In this document: piece after piece, positions 10,808 to 22,937 of the stretch
How the letters are laid out: each line of letters opens with the position of its first letter
How positions within the stretch are numbered: position 1 is the first letter of the stretch
DNA from: Octopus bimaculoides
Taxonomy: Eukaryota
Direction of reading: 5' to 3'
Assembly: GCF_001194135.2 (NCBI RefSeq)
Contig: NC_068989.1
Span: 95,084,137-95,124,025, forward strand
DNA length: 39,889 bases
Translations under genes and position numbers: made by a program
The notes under the pieces: model-generated
Databases searched by the model: none
Seen by the model: only the letters and a program-made list of their open reading frames with translations
Told to the model about the DNA's origin: nothing

Positions 10808-10932
10808 CACAAGGCTATTTGCGGGGATTGTGGCTCGACCAGTTACTTGACTTGGTCTTGTTTTGTGTTTTTTTATCGACTCCGAAAGAATGGCAAGCTA
10901 AGTTGACCTCGGTGGGATGTAGACTGAGAACG
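10808..10932 (-). mobile_element. SINE family A, 3' fragment
   Basis: tttatcgactccgaaagaatggcaagctaagttgacctcggtgggatgtagactgagaac. Confidence 0.6.
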
Positions 10933-11226
10933 AAAAGATCCGGAATGATTACCACCAGGTATTCTTATTCACTGCTAACCATTCTGTCATTTCACCAATT
11001 TGCCGCCAAACTATTGGCATATTTAGGAACCTGTATATTTCAGTGCTTATAGATCATTGTACTCTTTTGCATTAAGATGCTGTGAGATCTGTGTGCTGTG
11101 ATTGCTTGGTAATATATTTTTAAATCCCAAGAGATACCAAACTACATGCTTTCTATTTCGGTTTATGAAATCACATGTTCTCTATTGCACTGATGCTATA
11201 AGAGCTATATTGCAATATTCCAGTTA

Positions 11227-11431
11227 GTGAGCTGGCGGAATCGTTTGAGGCCGAGCAAAATGCTTAGAGGAATTTCACTTGTCTTTACGTTCAAATTCCA
11301 CCAAGGTCGTCTCCGTATTTCGTACTTTCAGGGTCGATAAAATAAGTACCAATCGGATACTAAGATAGTTGTAATCGACTTGACCGCTCCCTCTAAATTG
11401 CTAGCCTTGTGCCAAAATTTAAACCAATATT
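11227..11431 (+). mobile_element. SINE family A
   Basis: gagctggcggaatcgtt...aatgcttagagg...ttcaaattccaccaaggtcg...gggtcgataaaataagtacc...gccttgtgccaaaattt. Confidence 0.85.
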
Positions 11432-11590
11432 CCACGCTACATGAGTCCTGTTAGAATTGATATTCCGCGATACATGAGCCCCATTTCATTGGGTTCTGTT
11501 AGATGAGCTTTATTACAATATACAACGCCGCATGTCCCCCTTTACAACATACAACGCTACATGTTCACCATTAGAAAATGAGCTACATGA
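11431..11590 (-). repeat. Degenerate ~28-nt minisatellite (catgtagcgtgg family)
   Basis: Recurrent cgctacatg / cgccgcatg / cgatacatg. The reverse complement matches the units at 13346-13729. Confidence 0.7.
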
Positions 11591-11669
11591 CTTCTATTCG
11601 TAGATGCAGTAAGTAGAAGTTTGTACATTTGTGTTGTATCCTCGATGCTACACTCTTCATACCTAAGTA

Positions 11670-12067
11670 GGCGCAGGCGTGACTGAGTCATTAGTAGTTT
11701 GTTATCACGACCACATGGTCTTGAGTTCAGTCCCAGTGCGTGGCACTTTGGGCCCCTGTCTTCTACTATGGCTTCGGGTCGAAGCCATAGTAGTGAGTGG
11801 ATTTGGATTGTGAGTGGATTTGATTGACGGAAACTAAAAGATGCGTTTGTTTGTCCCCACCCACCACTTAGCAACAGTGTTGATGTGTTTACGTCTCCGT
11901 AACTTAGTGGTTCGGCAAAATAGTCTCATATATTAAGTACCATGTTCTATAAAAAAAAATGAGTGCCGGTGTCGATTCATTCGATTAGGAATCCATTCTT
12001 CAAGGCAGTGCACCAGCATGGCCACCAGTTGAATGACTGAAACAAGTGAAAGTTAAAAGATAAAAGA
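11670..12067 (+). mobile_element. SINE family B, near full length
   Basis: ggcgcaggcgtgactg...gagttcagtcccagtgcgtggcactttggg...cgtaacttagtggttcggcaaa...cagcatggccaccagttgaatgactgaaacaagt. Confidence 0.85.
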
Positions 12068-12086
12068 CAATGATAATACTTGATCG

Positions 12087-12138
12087 AGTTCTAACCAGTT
12101 CTAACCAGTTCCAACCAGTTCCAACCAGTTCCAACCAG
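12087..12138. repeat. 10-bp tandem repeat AGTTC(T/C)AACC x5
   Basis: Two AGTTCTAACC units then three AGTTCCAACC units. Confidence 0.95.
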
Positions 12139-12201
12139 ATTTGCACAGGCAAATAGAGTATCATAACATGGCAGCTGCTCTTAAAATTTATTTCCAAATT
12201 A

Positions 12202-12330
12202 AGGGGATTGGGGTCTTTACAGTTCAGAGATGGTATTTATTTATTTTAACTCCGAAGAGTGAAAGAATGAAAAGCAAACTCGAAGCCAATTTCGGTGGAA
12301 TGCGAACTCAGAACGTAAAGGCACACAACT
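12202..12330 (-). mobile_element. SINE family A fragment
   Basis: tggtatttat...gaaagaatgaaaagcaaa...ttcggtggaatgcgaactcagaacgtaaag. Confidence 0.6.
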
Positions 12331-12359
12331 GATTACCAGCAAAGCATATTGACTAAAAG

Positions 12360-12553
12360 AACTTTGGTGCAAGGTCAGTAAGTTCGGAAGAGCGGGCAAT
12401 TCGATTACATTGGCCTCAGTACTCAACTGGTACTTATTTTATCGACCCGAAAGGATGAACGGCAAAGTCGACCACGGCAGAGATTAAATTCAGAATATAA
12501 AGGCAGGCAAAATGCCGGCAAGCATTTTTCTTGGCGCGGCAACGATTCAGCCG
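12360..12553 (-). mobile_element. SINE family A
   Basis: ctggtacttattttatcgacccgaaaggatgaacggcaaagtcgacc...aacgattcagcc. Confidence 0.8.
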
Positions 12554-12602
12554 GATCGCTGCTTTACCTGCAAACCGTATCATTTAGTCGTGCAAGAAGC
12601 TA

Positions 12603-12821
12603 AGCTGGCAGAACCGTTACCGCGTCGGACAAATTGTTTAGCGACATTTCTTCCGACTTTACATTCTGAGCTCAAATTCTACCGAGGTCAGCTTTGCTTT
12701 TCATTCTTTCGGGGTCGATAAAATAAGTAACAGCTGAGAACTGGGGGGAGGGAAGCGATATAATCAAATCCCCCCCTTCCCCGAAATTTCTGGCTTTGTA
12801 CCAAAATTTGAAGCCAATATT
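12603..12821 (+). mobile_element. SINE family A
   Basis: agctggcagaaccgtta...ttcattctttcggggtcgataaaataagt...ggctttgtaccaaaatttgaa. Confidence 0.85.
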
Positions 12822-13345
12822 TAGCTGTATATACCTTAAACTTGACCAGAGTTTCGTTTTGCTTTCAATACCAAATCCTCTTAGTCTACTGGTTCTGGTC
12901 AGAGAAGAAGTTCAATATTAATGCTTTACTCTAAAGATCAATAGGTCGGAGCATCTATTTTAATAATGGATTCTTCAGATCATGAGATGGCAAACAATTG
13001 ATTACTTAGCCTGATAACGGAATGATCATTTAAAGATTTTAGAGATTAGATTATTCACTTTCATTTATGTTGTTATTGATGTTCATCTTTTTAAAAACGT
13101 TTATGCTAGTGAGATAGCGAAGCACAACTTTCAGACTCTAAAGATAACATAGTATAAGAATATTTATTCTGGCTAATGTTGTTGTTGCTGTTGTTTAAAC
13201 ATAGTTCAACCACGAACATCACGTGCTTGTTATCATGCGTAATTCCTTTAGTAGTAAATTATCCAATGAGAGGAGATTCAGTTACTACTTTTAGCAGGTC
13301 GAGTCACCACATAGAGGTTCCTTCATTATTTCATATCGAAATATA

Positions 13346-13729
13346 GCTCATGTAGCGGCGAATAATGCTACAGAAAGCATGCAACTTTTGTTGTAGCAGA
13401 TTACATGTAGCGTGGTACATTGTAACGGGAACATGTAATGGCATGATATATTGTAATGATGAGCTTGTGAAAAGAAGCATGTAGCGTGGCATATCGTCAA
13501 AGGAAACGTAGTATGGTATGTTAGATAAATAAGCTCATGTGCAATGGCTACAATCAAAAGGAACTTATGTGTTGGATATTTATTCTAACGGAGCTTGTGT
13601 TGCGTGGAACATTGCGTGTGATATGTCATTGTATATTGTATCAGAGTCGATGTGGTTTCTTATACTGTGGTAAAAAACATGTAGCATGATATTGTAAGAG
13701 GGAACATTTGGCGTGCTGTGTTGTAAAAG
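13346..13729 (+). repeat. Degenerate ~27-30-nt minisatellite, about 13 units
   Basis: Units such as acatgtagcgtggtacattgtaacggga, gcatgtagcgtggcatatcgtcaaagga and acatgtagcatgatattgtaagaggga. Confidence 0.75.
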
Positions 13730-13859
13730 TATTCGGGTCATTGGAGCGTGGCAGAGTGCAATGGAGTGCGTGTGTAGTCAGGGTGTGAACATTTGTTTGT
13801 TAGTTCTCGCACGTTGTGTAACGATGTAAGCTCTCTCGTTGGTGAGTGGGTGCTTACAT

Positions 13860-13861
<2 letters not shown>

Positions 13862-13931
<70 letters not shown>

Positions 13932-13945
13932 GTGTGTTTGTGTGT
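13862..13945. repeat. (TG)n microsatellite
   Basis: Direct reading. Confidence 0.95.
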
Positions 13946-15429
13946 CACGTGATGCGTCACTCAAAGCATTTCTTGTCAGCTTACATCGAAATATTTTATT
14001 TATTTAACATTTGAATATGTCACAAATTTATTAATTTGTCGTTCCGATCGCATATTTCATGATTAAAATTAATGGATATCTCGAAAATAACTGCATATTT
14101 GATCGTGTGTATGCGGACGTGCACGAGTGTGTGCGTGCCCATCTGTTTGTGTGTTTATGTATGTGTGTGTGTGAGTGTGTGAGTGTGTTTGTGATTCTTT
14201 TCGTTACGTTTGTGCATGTGTATGTGCGTATATGTTCGTGCGTAGGCATACACCCTTATGTTTGCATATGCTCTTATGCACACATGCGTGTGCACTGACA
14301 TGCGTATATTTGTGTATGTGTGAGTATTTGTCTGTGTATGCGTGTGTGTATGTTTGTGTGTGTGCGTGCGTGCGTCCGTGCGTGTGTGTGTGTGAAAGGA
14401 CAGATGAAGAGATAAGAGATGTAGATTCAGAATTAATTTTGAAACAAACCAACTAAATTCGTACTTCGAACTCCCAATCCCCGGCCATAACGATTCACCT
14501 CCTTTACGCCGCCAAGCCACCGGTCTCAAGCAGTCAATAAGCAGACTCCATAACAAATAAATAGTGACCCTGCTTTATCCGATGAGCGTAGTAGCAGCAC
14601 AAATAATGACGCCGGTGGTTGTAGTGGTGGTAGGTGGCTAGTAGTAGGTTGGCAGCAATGGTGGTGAAGATAACAGTCTCCATTGGTATTAGTGGCGGTG
14701 GAGGTAAGTGTCGTGCAAGCAGCGGCAAACTGATAAGTCGCTACGAAGAGGACTGGTGCCGTTGCTGCCATCACCAACTTCGCCGCTACCACGTTTCATA
14801 AGTCGAGTACAGAATTGGCTTATAACCTTTTGATATATTTCTAGAATATTATGGCTGCAAAACGAAATATAGTGTCTCCATCAGCAATTAATATGTGCAT
14901 ATTGGTTAGCAGCAACGTGTTTAATATGTAAAACTAGTCTATCCAGTAGTGTTACACCACTAAATTTGTAGCTATTTAAGCAATGCGTTCGTAGATGGTT
15001 AATGGATTGGATGCAGTGCAAAAGAAGGAGCTGACAGCGACAATTAAGTTACCAATTTTATTACTATTGAGTATGTGACTCGATTTTTATTATTGCTTAT
15101 TAAAGTTCCTGATTTCAATATTTAACCATTTTAAAATGCTGTCTATACAAATAGATTTGTGCTACTGTACGAGCAACTCAGTTGCGAATATCAGCTTTCC
15201 CGCCTACATATATTAGTAATACAAGGTAGATGTTATTATAATAGAAGATTTGGACTTCATTACAGCACCTGTCGCTTATAATGTTACATTAACTAAGACA
15301 AGGAAGAAGATTGGCTCCGTTCAGGTGGCTTTTTTCTTGATTTTGTTTCCATCTGCAGCATAACAATTTCGTCTGAGTAGTTTCAGATGAAATATGCTTT
15401 GGTCCCCAATTTTCCAATTATTGCTTATA

Positions 15430-15610
15430 GGCGTTGACATGGTTAAGAAGCTCGCTTTGCAACTGCATGGTCACGGGTTCAGTCTCACTGAGCAGCACGT
15501 TGGGTAAGTGTTCTGACCTGGTTTGACCAATGCCTTGTAAAATAATTTGGTAGACGAAAACTTTATGGAAACACAGACAGACAGACAGACAGACAAACAA
15601 ACAGGCAGAC

Positions 15611-15661
<51 letters not shown>

Positions 15662-15664
15662 CAG

Positions 15665-15713
<49 letters not shown>

Positions 15714-15985
15714 CTGATTGATTGATAAACAAATATTATTTGATAACAAGTTTGAATGTATGTTTGGGAGTTCGCGTTTATGTTTAATCCCCCTGCCGTT
15801 TGACAACCGATGTTTGTTTCTTAACGCCCCAGTAACTTAGCGGTTCGCTATCAGTAACTGATAGAATAAGTGCCACACTTAGAACTAAGTATTGCGGTCG
15901 ATTTGTTCGTCTTAATTCTTGAGAGTAGTGCCCCAGTATGGCCGCAGACCAATAGCTGAAACACAGATGGTAAAAGATAAAAGAT
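15430..15985 (+). mobile_element. SINE family B with internal (ACAG)n(ATAG)n(ATTG)n expansion
   Basis: cgggttcagtctcactg...ttggtagacgaaaact ... cagtaacttagcggttcg...gtgccccagtatggccgcag. Confidence 0.8.
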
Positions 15986-16951
15986 GTCATTTTCATTTTA
16001 CTTGTGTATATGGTTACGTACATTCACCCATACATACATACATGCACACTTTCATTCATACATACATCCAGTGATCGAAGAGAAGGAAGAAGGCGAGCTT
16101 CAAGATGCAAAAGTGTCGTAAGACCTAAACGTTGCTTTTTCAGAGAACGAAAAACTACTTTCACCATTCCATTTCTTTTTACATTAGCAACAGTTTCAGC
16201 TTAACAATAATACTTTGTTGGGTGCATAAAGTCGAAACTCCATGCATGTGTGATATTTTCAGTCAGAAATATTTTTGCAAAACTGTCGTATGTCGGACTT
16301 TTGAAAAATGCTAAACCATTGCACTACACTTTGACAATTTTCATTTCTTGGCATCTGAAGCAGCTGGAAATAATATAGTTTGACCGAAAGAACCGGCTAT
16401 TAAAAGCAAAATTAAATATTGAAATAAAAATGAATTTGGTCAAATTTACACATACGACAGTGTAACATAATAGCAACGAAGTATATANNNNNNNNNNNNN
16501 NNNNNNNNNNNNNNNNNNNNNNNNNNNNNNNNNNNNNNNNNNNNNNNNNNNNNNNNNNNNNNNNNNNNNNNNNNNNNNNNNNNNNNNNNNNNNNNNNNNN
16601 NNNNNNNNNNNNNNNNNNNNNNNNNNNNNNNNNNNNNNNNNNNNNNNNNNNNNNNNNNNNNNNNNNNNNNNNNNNNNNNNNNNNNNNNNNNNNNNNNNNN
16701 TACATATATATATATATGCATATATATGCATATATACATACATACATACATACACACACACACATACATACATACATACATACATACATACATACATAAG
16801 TCCACAATGGGTCCTGCAAAGTCGGATGTCCCTTTCTCCCAGCTTGCATATGTGTATATAATATTAAAAAAATATTTATATACAAACGCAAATTTAGATT
16901 GCTATTGTTGAATGCATTTTAATTATTGAGAAACTCCACTACCCCACCCCC

Positions 16952-16982
<31 letters not shown>

Positions 16983-17598
16983 TGTATATATGCAAGTGAG
17001 TGGACAAACGAAAAAAGAGGCACTAAATACACTTAGGTGGAGTTACATATATTATTTTGATTCGGTCGTATGAAAATGTTTTAAATAATATATGAATATA
17101 TGTAGACGCACATGTCTTTGGAAACTATGCAGAAGCCTTTCATATGTGTATGAGTGTGTGTAAACGCATATGTATGTCGTGTGTGGGGGGTGCGCGTATG
17201 TTTGTGCGTGCATGTGTGTGTGTGCATGTGTGTGTGTGTCTGAGATATATATATAGAGAGAGAGAGAGAAACTTAGTGATATAAGAAAAGTATTTATAAT
17301 GCTTCTCTGAACTAAAGGATATTGGAAACAAGACTTCAAACAATCCCTTTAGGGGAGACCACTAAACTCAATGTTTCTAAGATTCGGTTTATCACTGCGC
17401 TAAAATGTTCAGCTATTATTCAATAAAACTTCTTTCCCTGTCTCTGCCTCTCACACAGACACACTCACACACTCTGTCTCGATCTATCTCGATCTCTTTC
17501 ACACGCACTCACACTTACACACACACACACACACACACACACTCTATCTATCTCCCTCACTCCCTCCCCCTCTCTCACTCTTTCCCTCTCTCTCTCAC

Positions 17599-17609
<11 letters not shown>

Positions 17610-17662
<53 letters not shown>

Positions 17663-17818
17663 AAAAAGGAAGTGCACAATTTTTTTTTTAAATACATTCA
17701 AATAGCAAAAGCTAACAAACAGGTAGTCTGCTTTTGTACCGACTGAATCTGGCTTTCAGGCAGAGAGAGGGAGGGAGAGAGCCAGAGAAACAAAGAGACA
17801 GAGAGAGAGAAAGAGAGG

Positions 17819-17868
<50 letters not shown>

Positions 17869-17870
17869 TG
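17610..17870. repeat. Opposed (CT)n and (GA)n tracts
   Basis: (CT)n at about 17610-17660; (GA)n-rich at about 17760-17870. Confidence 0.9.
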
Positions 17871-18947
17871 TAGAAATGTCTTATATTGAATAATATGCAT
17901 TTGATATCAAGCGCCTCTGTTCCACCTGATCGATATCGATGTGTGTACAAAAGACATCAAATTCCGTCTTTACATGGACACACGCAAACACCTGTATCGT
18001 TTGAAATATACAAATAATCGATATTTTTTCCCATTTTTCCAAAATTACCTTCACTACATCATATTGATTCTTTTGTTGTGATTAGTAAGGTAATTCTTAA
18101 GGTAAAGCGAAATAACGATTACTGCTTCGAAACATTAAGGGTATCTATTATTATTTTTTTCTTGTTAGAAACCACAAAAGATATCTGTATTAATAAAAAG
18201 GTGGGGTGGAATTGTCCATTTTGCTTGGATAATGTTAACTTTGGCTGTTATTTGTTGCTGCAATAATAATACAATGCTAACAGCTCTAATGGTTTCATTT
18301 GTCAAAATAATCGAAACTGCTAGGTAAATTTCTATTATCACAGATAACATAGAAATCAAAAGACTTCCAACGTTTAGGCTAGGTCCGGAGACAAAATCTA
18401 AATACGTCTCTGACTAAACTCTTTGCTTCTTGGTCACAGATAATATGTTGAGGTAGAAATGTTTGGCAGTATTTTGCATGTTTGTCTATTTGAGTTCTTC
18501 ATTTCAAAAGATAAACTAAAAAAAAAAATTTAACCGAAGAATAGCTTGGTATGGAGCCTCGGAAGTGTTCCGGAATGATGTGGCATGATGTATTCTGCAA
18601 ACGAGATGAGGTGAAAAGTTAAATTACAGGCCATTTAACAAAATGAAAACGTTAATAGCTTCTCCTTTAACGAGTACAAAATAGTAATTTGTCTTTGTCA
18701 TCGTTTAGATTGAGATGAGTATCAGCGCAACGCGATAGCATTGAAACATAAAATTAAGCCAGGCTTTTAATACAACACTTCTGCATGACTCCCAAATGTG
18801 GGAATTAATCAGTCAGGTGTTAGAGCCTCAGATTAATGAAGATTATCTACAGAACCGATCTGAGATACATTGAGGACGAACAAATGTGGCAAACTGGCTA
18901 ATGACAAATGAAACAACTTCGAGTTGTAATATTTATACCCTACATAT

Positions 18948-19139
18948 GGCGATGCGCTGGCAGAAGCATTACCACGCCGGACAAAATGCTGAGCGGCATT
19001 TTGTTCTTCGTTACGTTCAAATTCCGCCAAGGTTGACTTTGCCTTTTCTTCTCGGAAGATCCCAGTTAAGCACTGGGATCGATGTAATCGGCTTGGCTCC
19101 GAAGTTGCTGGCCTTGTTCCTATATTTAAAGACAATATT
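18948..19139 (+). mobile_element. SINE family A
   Basis: gctggcagaagcattaccacgccggacaaaatgctgagcggc...ttcaaattccgccaaggttgactttgcc...gctggccttgttcc. Confidence 0.85.
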
Positions 19140-19164
19140 GATATCACATTGAACTTACCTTCTA

Positions 19165-19280
19165 ACTTGTTTCAATCGTCAGACTGCGACCCTGCTGGGG
19201 CACTGTCCTGAGAATTTAGACGAACAAATCGACGCCAGTACGTGTGGTACTTATTCTGTCGGTCCCTATAACTTAGTGGC
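19165..19280 (-). mobile_element. SINE family B, 3' fragment
   Basis: acttgtttcaatcgtcagactgcgaccctgctggggcactg...caaatcgacgccagtac...gtacttattctgtcggtc. Confidence 0.7.
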
Positions 19281-19363
19281 TTGTCAAAAGGGGCCCACAA
19301 AATGCATACCAAACTGAAAATGAATAATGGAGTCATTTTGTTCGACCAACACTACAAGGTGAT

Positions 19364-19697
19364 CCATTATTTACATTATTTACATTTGACGGATATTTGT
19401 CCTCATCTTGTTTGTTGTTAAAACAACGTTTCGGCTGATATACCCTCAAGCATTCATCAGATGTCTTGGGGAAATTTCGAACCTGGGTTCTCATTCCTAA
19501 GGTATTTTAGATGTTGTTGTTGTTATTATTATTATTATCATTATTATTATCATTATTATTATTCAGGTCGCTGCCTGGAATCGAACTCGGAATCTTGGGG
19601 TTAGCAGCCCGTGCTCTTAACCACTATGCCATATGCCCGTCAAATGTAAATAATGTAAATAATGTACACAATTCCTCATCTCTTAAATATTGAACTG
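19364..19697 (-). mobile_element. tRNA-headed hammerhead element (family C) with inverted tail and 12-bp TSD
   Basis: Minus-strand head (A box 19631-19621, B box 19588-19577, CTGCTAA loop), (TAA)n, HHR and tail, followed by a plus-strand tail at 19637-19697. Flanked by ctacaaggtgat at 19352-19363 and 19698-19709. Confidence 0.85.
19420..19465 (-). ncRNA. Minimal hammerhead, family C, intact core but eroded stems
   Basis: GACAT-CTGATGA-A-TGCT-TGAGGGTATATC-AGCC-GAAACGT-T-GTTTT. Mismatches in stems I and II. Confidence 0.6.
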
Positions 19698-22025
19698 CTA
19701 CAAGGTGATGTTTCATAATAACCATACTCCAATGACTGTTACAAAAAGAGTATATATAAACACATGTATATACCGCGCCTGCGGTTTCCACGCTCGCCGT
19801 GACATTCACCAACTCGACCGAGCATCTGAAAGTCGCCTCGCCAGAAATTGCACAAACTAAAAGTTTCGATCCAACAAGACTTACACACCACCTCACAGAC
19901 GCTCTCCACCCTACTGACATGAACCAGAGAAAAGCCAAGGCTAAATACCCAGTGCCAATATGGGTCTCAGGCTCAGAAAAAGTCTTCAATGCCACTCCCT
20001 GAATATCTGGTTTTCTATCAGAGTGATATTTTCCTAGAAACATGCTTTAAACATGTTTTAACAAAAGCTAAGGGACTTCTCACTCTCAGCGGTCTCCCAG
20101 CACTTGAGACACCAACCCGTAATTAGTGAGAGCTCGTGCTATTGCTACATAGTCGTTCAACCTACACTAGATTCATCCGTCCTTTTGATAGGTCTTGCTT
20201 TTAGTCCTGCTCGGTTTCTGGCAACCCTCCTCACCAGGAAAGCCTAGAGAAGGTTCCGGTTTAGTTACCGACGATCCGACCATGCAACAGGTTGTATTGG
20301 ATTGTATGTTACCAGTAGCACACATGACAAACCTCACAAATGACCCGAGACATAAAATATAGAGTGTGTCTGTGTTTGTGTGTGTTTGTGAGTGTATGTG
20401 TGTGCGAATGTGTGTGTGTGTTTGTACGATAGCATCGAACAGTGTGAATTAGTGCTCAACACCGCATTTGGTAAATAAATATTCTCATTTGCGAATTCTT
20501 ATCCAAAATGAAGGCAATTATAAATGGATTGCACGAAAACTGTAGAAATCATAACCTCATGAAACCATTGGTAGCGTTGTTAATCCTCAAAAAAAAAATA
20601 TATATATATACATACATACAAACATACATACATAATGGAATCAAACAACATTAATTCAAGGATCTTTACGTGTACAGTATCATTCTTATCCTTATTTTAC
20701 AAAGAAATTTTTTAGTCTTTGACTTCCAAGTTCCAGTTCAGTTGCCATTGCGAGACTTTTTGACGAAAGCAACTAAGCCTGTACTTCGAAATCCCACTCA
20801 TCTTTTTTCCTTAGAATTTAATCAAAGAGCATGTAGCCGTAATTACATTGAGGTCGATGAGATCCAATTAGTTCGGAATCCAGAAACCCCTATCTTTCTC
20901 TGGGAACTTCGTGCATAAAATTTATTTTACAGAAAACCTAAACAAGGCCGCTCCTCTATACTCTCACATTAATATCTTATTGCAAAACCTATTGATTGTC
21001 TATGCTGTATGGTGGACACAATTAGCGAATTATATTAAACATTCTTCAAATATTCCTCTGTAAGTTTCTCTTATTTTCATTTGACTATCAATATTCTATG
21101 AAGAGAAGTTTATATTATTTTTAATCTTTCTAAACTACTTTCTGGGACATGTTCCATTAGATATAATTGCATTTCAAAAAAAGCATTCCATGAAAGCACT
21201 TATCTACGCTAATGTCAACATTACACTTTAAAGTGGCATTTTCAATACTCTAACCGAATCATTATACTTTCGAATCAACAGCGGCAGTTAAATATATATC
21301 TTCGTCTTTCTATAATGGACTTCAGAGCTAAAAGCTGCGGCTATAAAACCGATGCTGTTTGAATATTAAGTATGAAGGGGTGATCTGTTGTGCAAAATTA
21401 CTGCAGTTTCAATTACTTGTAATTATTTCCCAGAGTCTTGAATGCCTCAATATATCACTAAATATGATTAATGTAAGATCGAGGGATTAGGAGATAAGGG
21501 ATCACAGCAACACTGAATTACACGACATCAATGTAGACTTCCGTTTCGTTAATCTTCATGCCAAATTTAAATTATTTCTTCACACTAGAGGTTTTTTCTT
21601 TTTTTTAATAAATAGCTTTGTCAGAGTAGAAAAATCAGGACTCATTTCATGAGATGGAAAGTAAGTGAAAGGAAATGGCGAAGTTCAGTGCTTTCATTTT
21701 TTTGCAACAACATAGAAACCGCTAAAGGTATCTGAGCACGGGGTTTTGGTGTTAAAGCCCATATGTTTGTAGTTTTGTTCGACTCACCCAACGTTTATAT
21801 TTATTCACAAAACACCATAGAAGGGTGAAGAAACAATATGGAAGCTTTAAAGATATTGGTCCATAATGGTCATCTAAGATAAGAAATGTTTTTCAAGATA
21901 TGTTCAAGTTTATATTCATCCATATATTCGTTTCATTTCCTTCTATTTCGTATTTTGTTCTTTGTGGTAGCTTAAGCTTTCTTTTCTTAGACTCTACTTA
22001 GTGTTATAACAGAGTTAAGAAACGC

Positions 22026-22039
22026 GTTACCATGACAAC
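22026..22039. promoter_or_regulatory. RFX X-box-like motif GTTACCATGACAAC
   Basis: Full match to the 14-bp X-box consensus RTHNYYWTRRNRAC, in apparently non-repetitive sequence next to CGCG. Confidence 0.3.
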
Positions 22040-22937
22040 GGATGTTATTTCTTCTTCAAGAATAAGTTTGAAAGCTGAGTCAACGGAGAAGAGTTCCAAC
22101 TGGATGAAATCTCCAAGCTGTGTGAATGAGCAAGTTTTCGATATCCAAGAAGTTAAAATGTGAAAGGCGCCAGGAATCATGATCTGAATGTGGCCCGGCC
22201 TCTAAGAATGTAGGAATTTAAAAGTCGGAACACTTGCCTGAGGGGGGCTTCCTCTCAGAAAACCTGCTGTTCAGCTCTCGTGTGTATAGCCACTCTTATA
22301 TATTTATATATTAAGTTACTTTTGATACAGCATATATCTCCATGGCATGTTGTAACCTTCGTGATAAAGTCAGTTTGAACCATTTAGAGTTCGAATGGTA
22401 CCAATGCTCTCAGTTGACCGAATTAGGGGCAAACATCCCGCGACAAACACTTCAAGACGTGCTTTTTCTTCTGAGTCGAAACGATTTTCTCAAACATCAG
22501 AGCACTTGTGATTCCCTCGAGAAAGGCATGAGTGTTACAACTTCCTTTTCGTCTCTCTTCGTGCGCTTTCAACAAATTCGCAGAATGTGTAATGTACCGG
22601 GGAACCGAACGTAAAGTCTTCGAGATCTGATCGTCCTTTCTCCATTAAACCTATTTTCTTTCATTGACTTTTAGCATCGCAGTATAATAACGAGCGTCAT
22701 TTTCGCAATCCTCTGAAATTTTAGGGTTGTGTGTCTAAACTCTAAAGAGTAGACATGAAGCTATTGATCAGAGGCGATGGACGGGTAGAATCGTAACAGA
22801 ATTGGAAAAAATATCATGCAGTATTTCTTCCGATTCTTTACGTTCTGCGTTCAAAACCCACAATAATCAACAGTGTTATTCATCCTTCTGAGGTCGTTAA
22901 AATCAAATGCAAGTCAAATACTAATGTTCAATTAAAC

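Noticed and set aside
13346-13729. CRISPR-like repeat array
   Set aside because: Eukaryotic context, degenerate contiguous units, no unique spacers and no cas genes.
14560-14800. GC-richer GTG/GCA segment with a GAG|GTAAGT motif
   Set aside because: Looks like a decayed trinucleotide tract; no convincing acceptor or meaningful peptide.
19566-19638. Possible tRNA-Ser gene
   Set aside because: A and B boxes and an anticodon-like loop are present, but the acceptor stem and long variable arm do not form and it is fused to a repeat body; treated as a SINE-type head.
20760-20960. Possible mariner relic on the minus strand (FWIPN*LDL resembling WPPNSPDLN)
   Set aside because: Only one weak motif; flanking residues do not align.
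22342-22614. 90-aa ORF MACCNLRDK...
   Set aside because: No recognisable domain, homology or splice support; length is within chance expectation.
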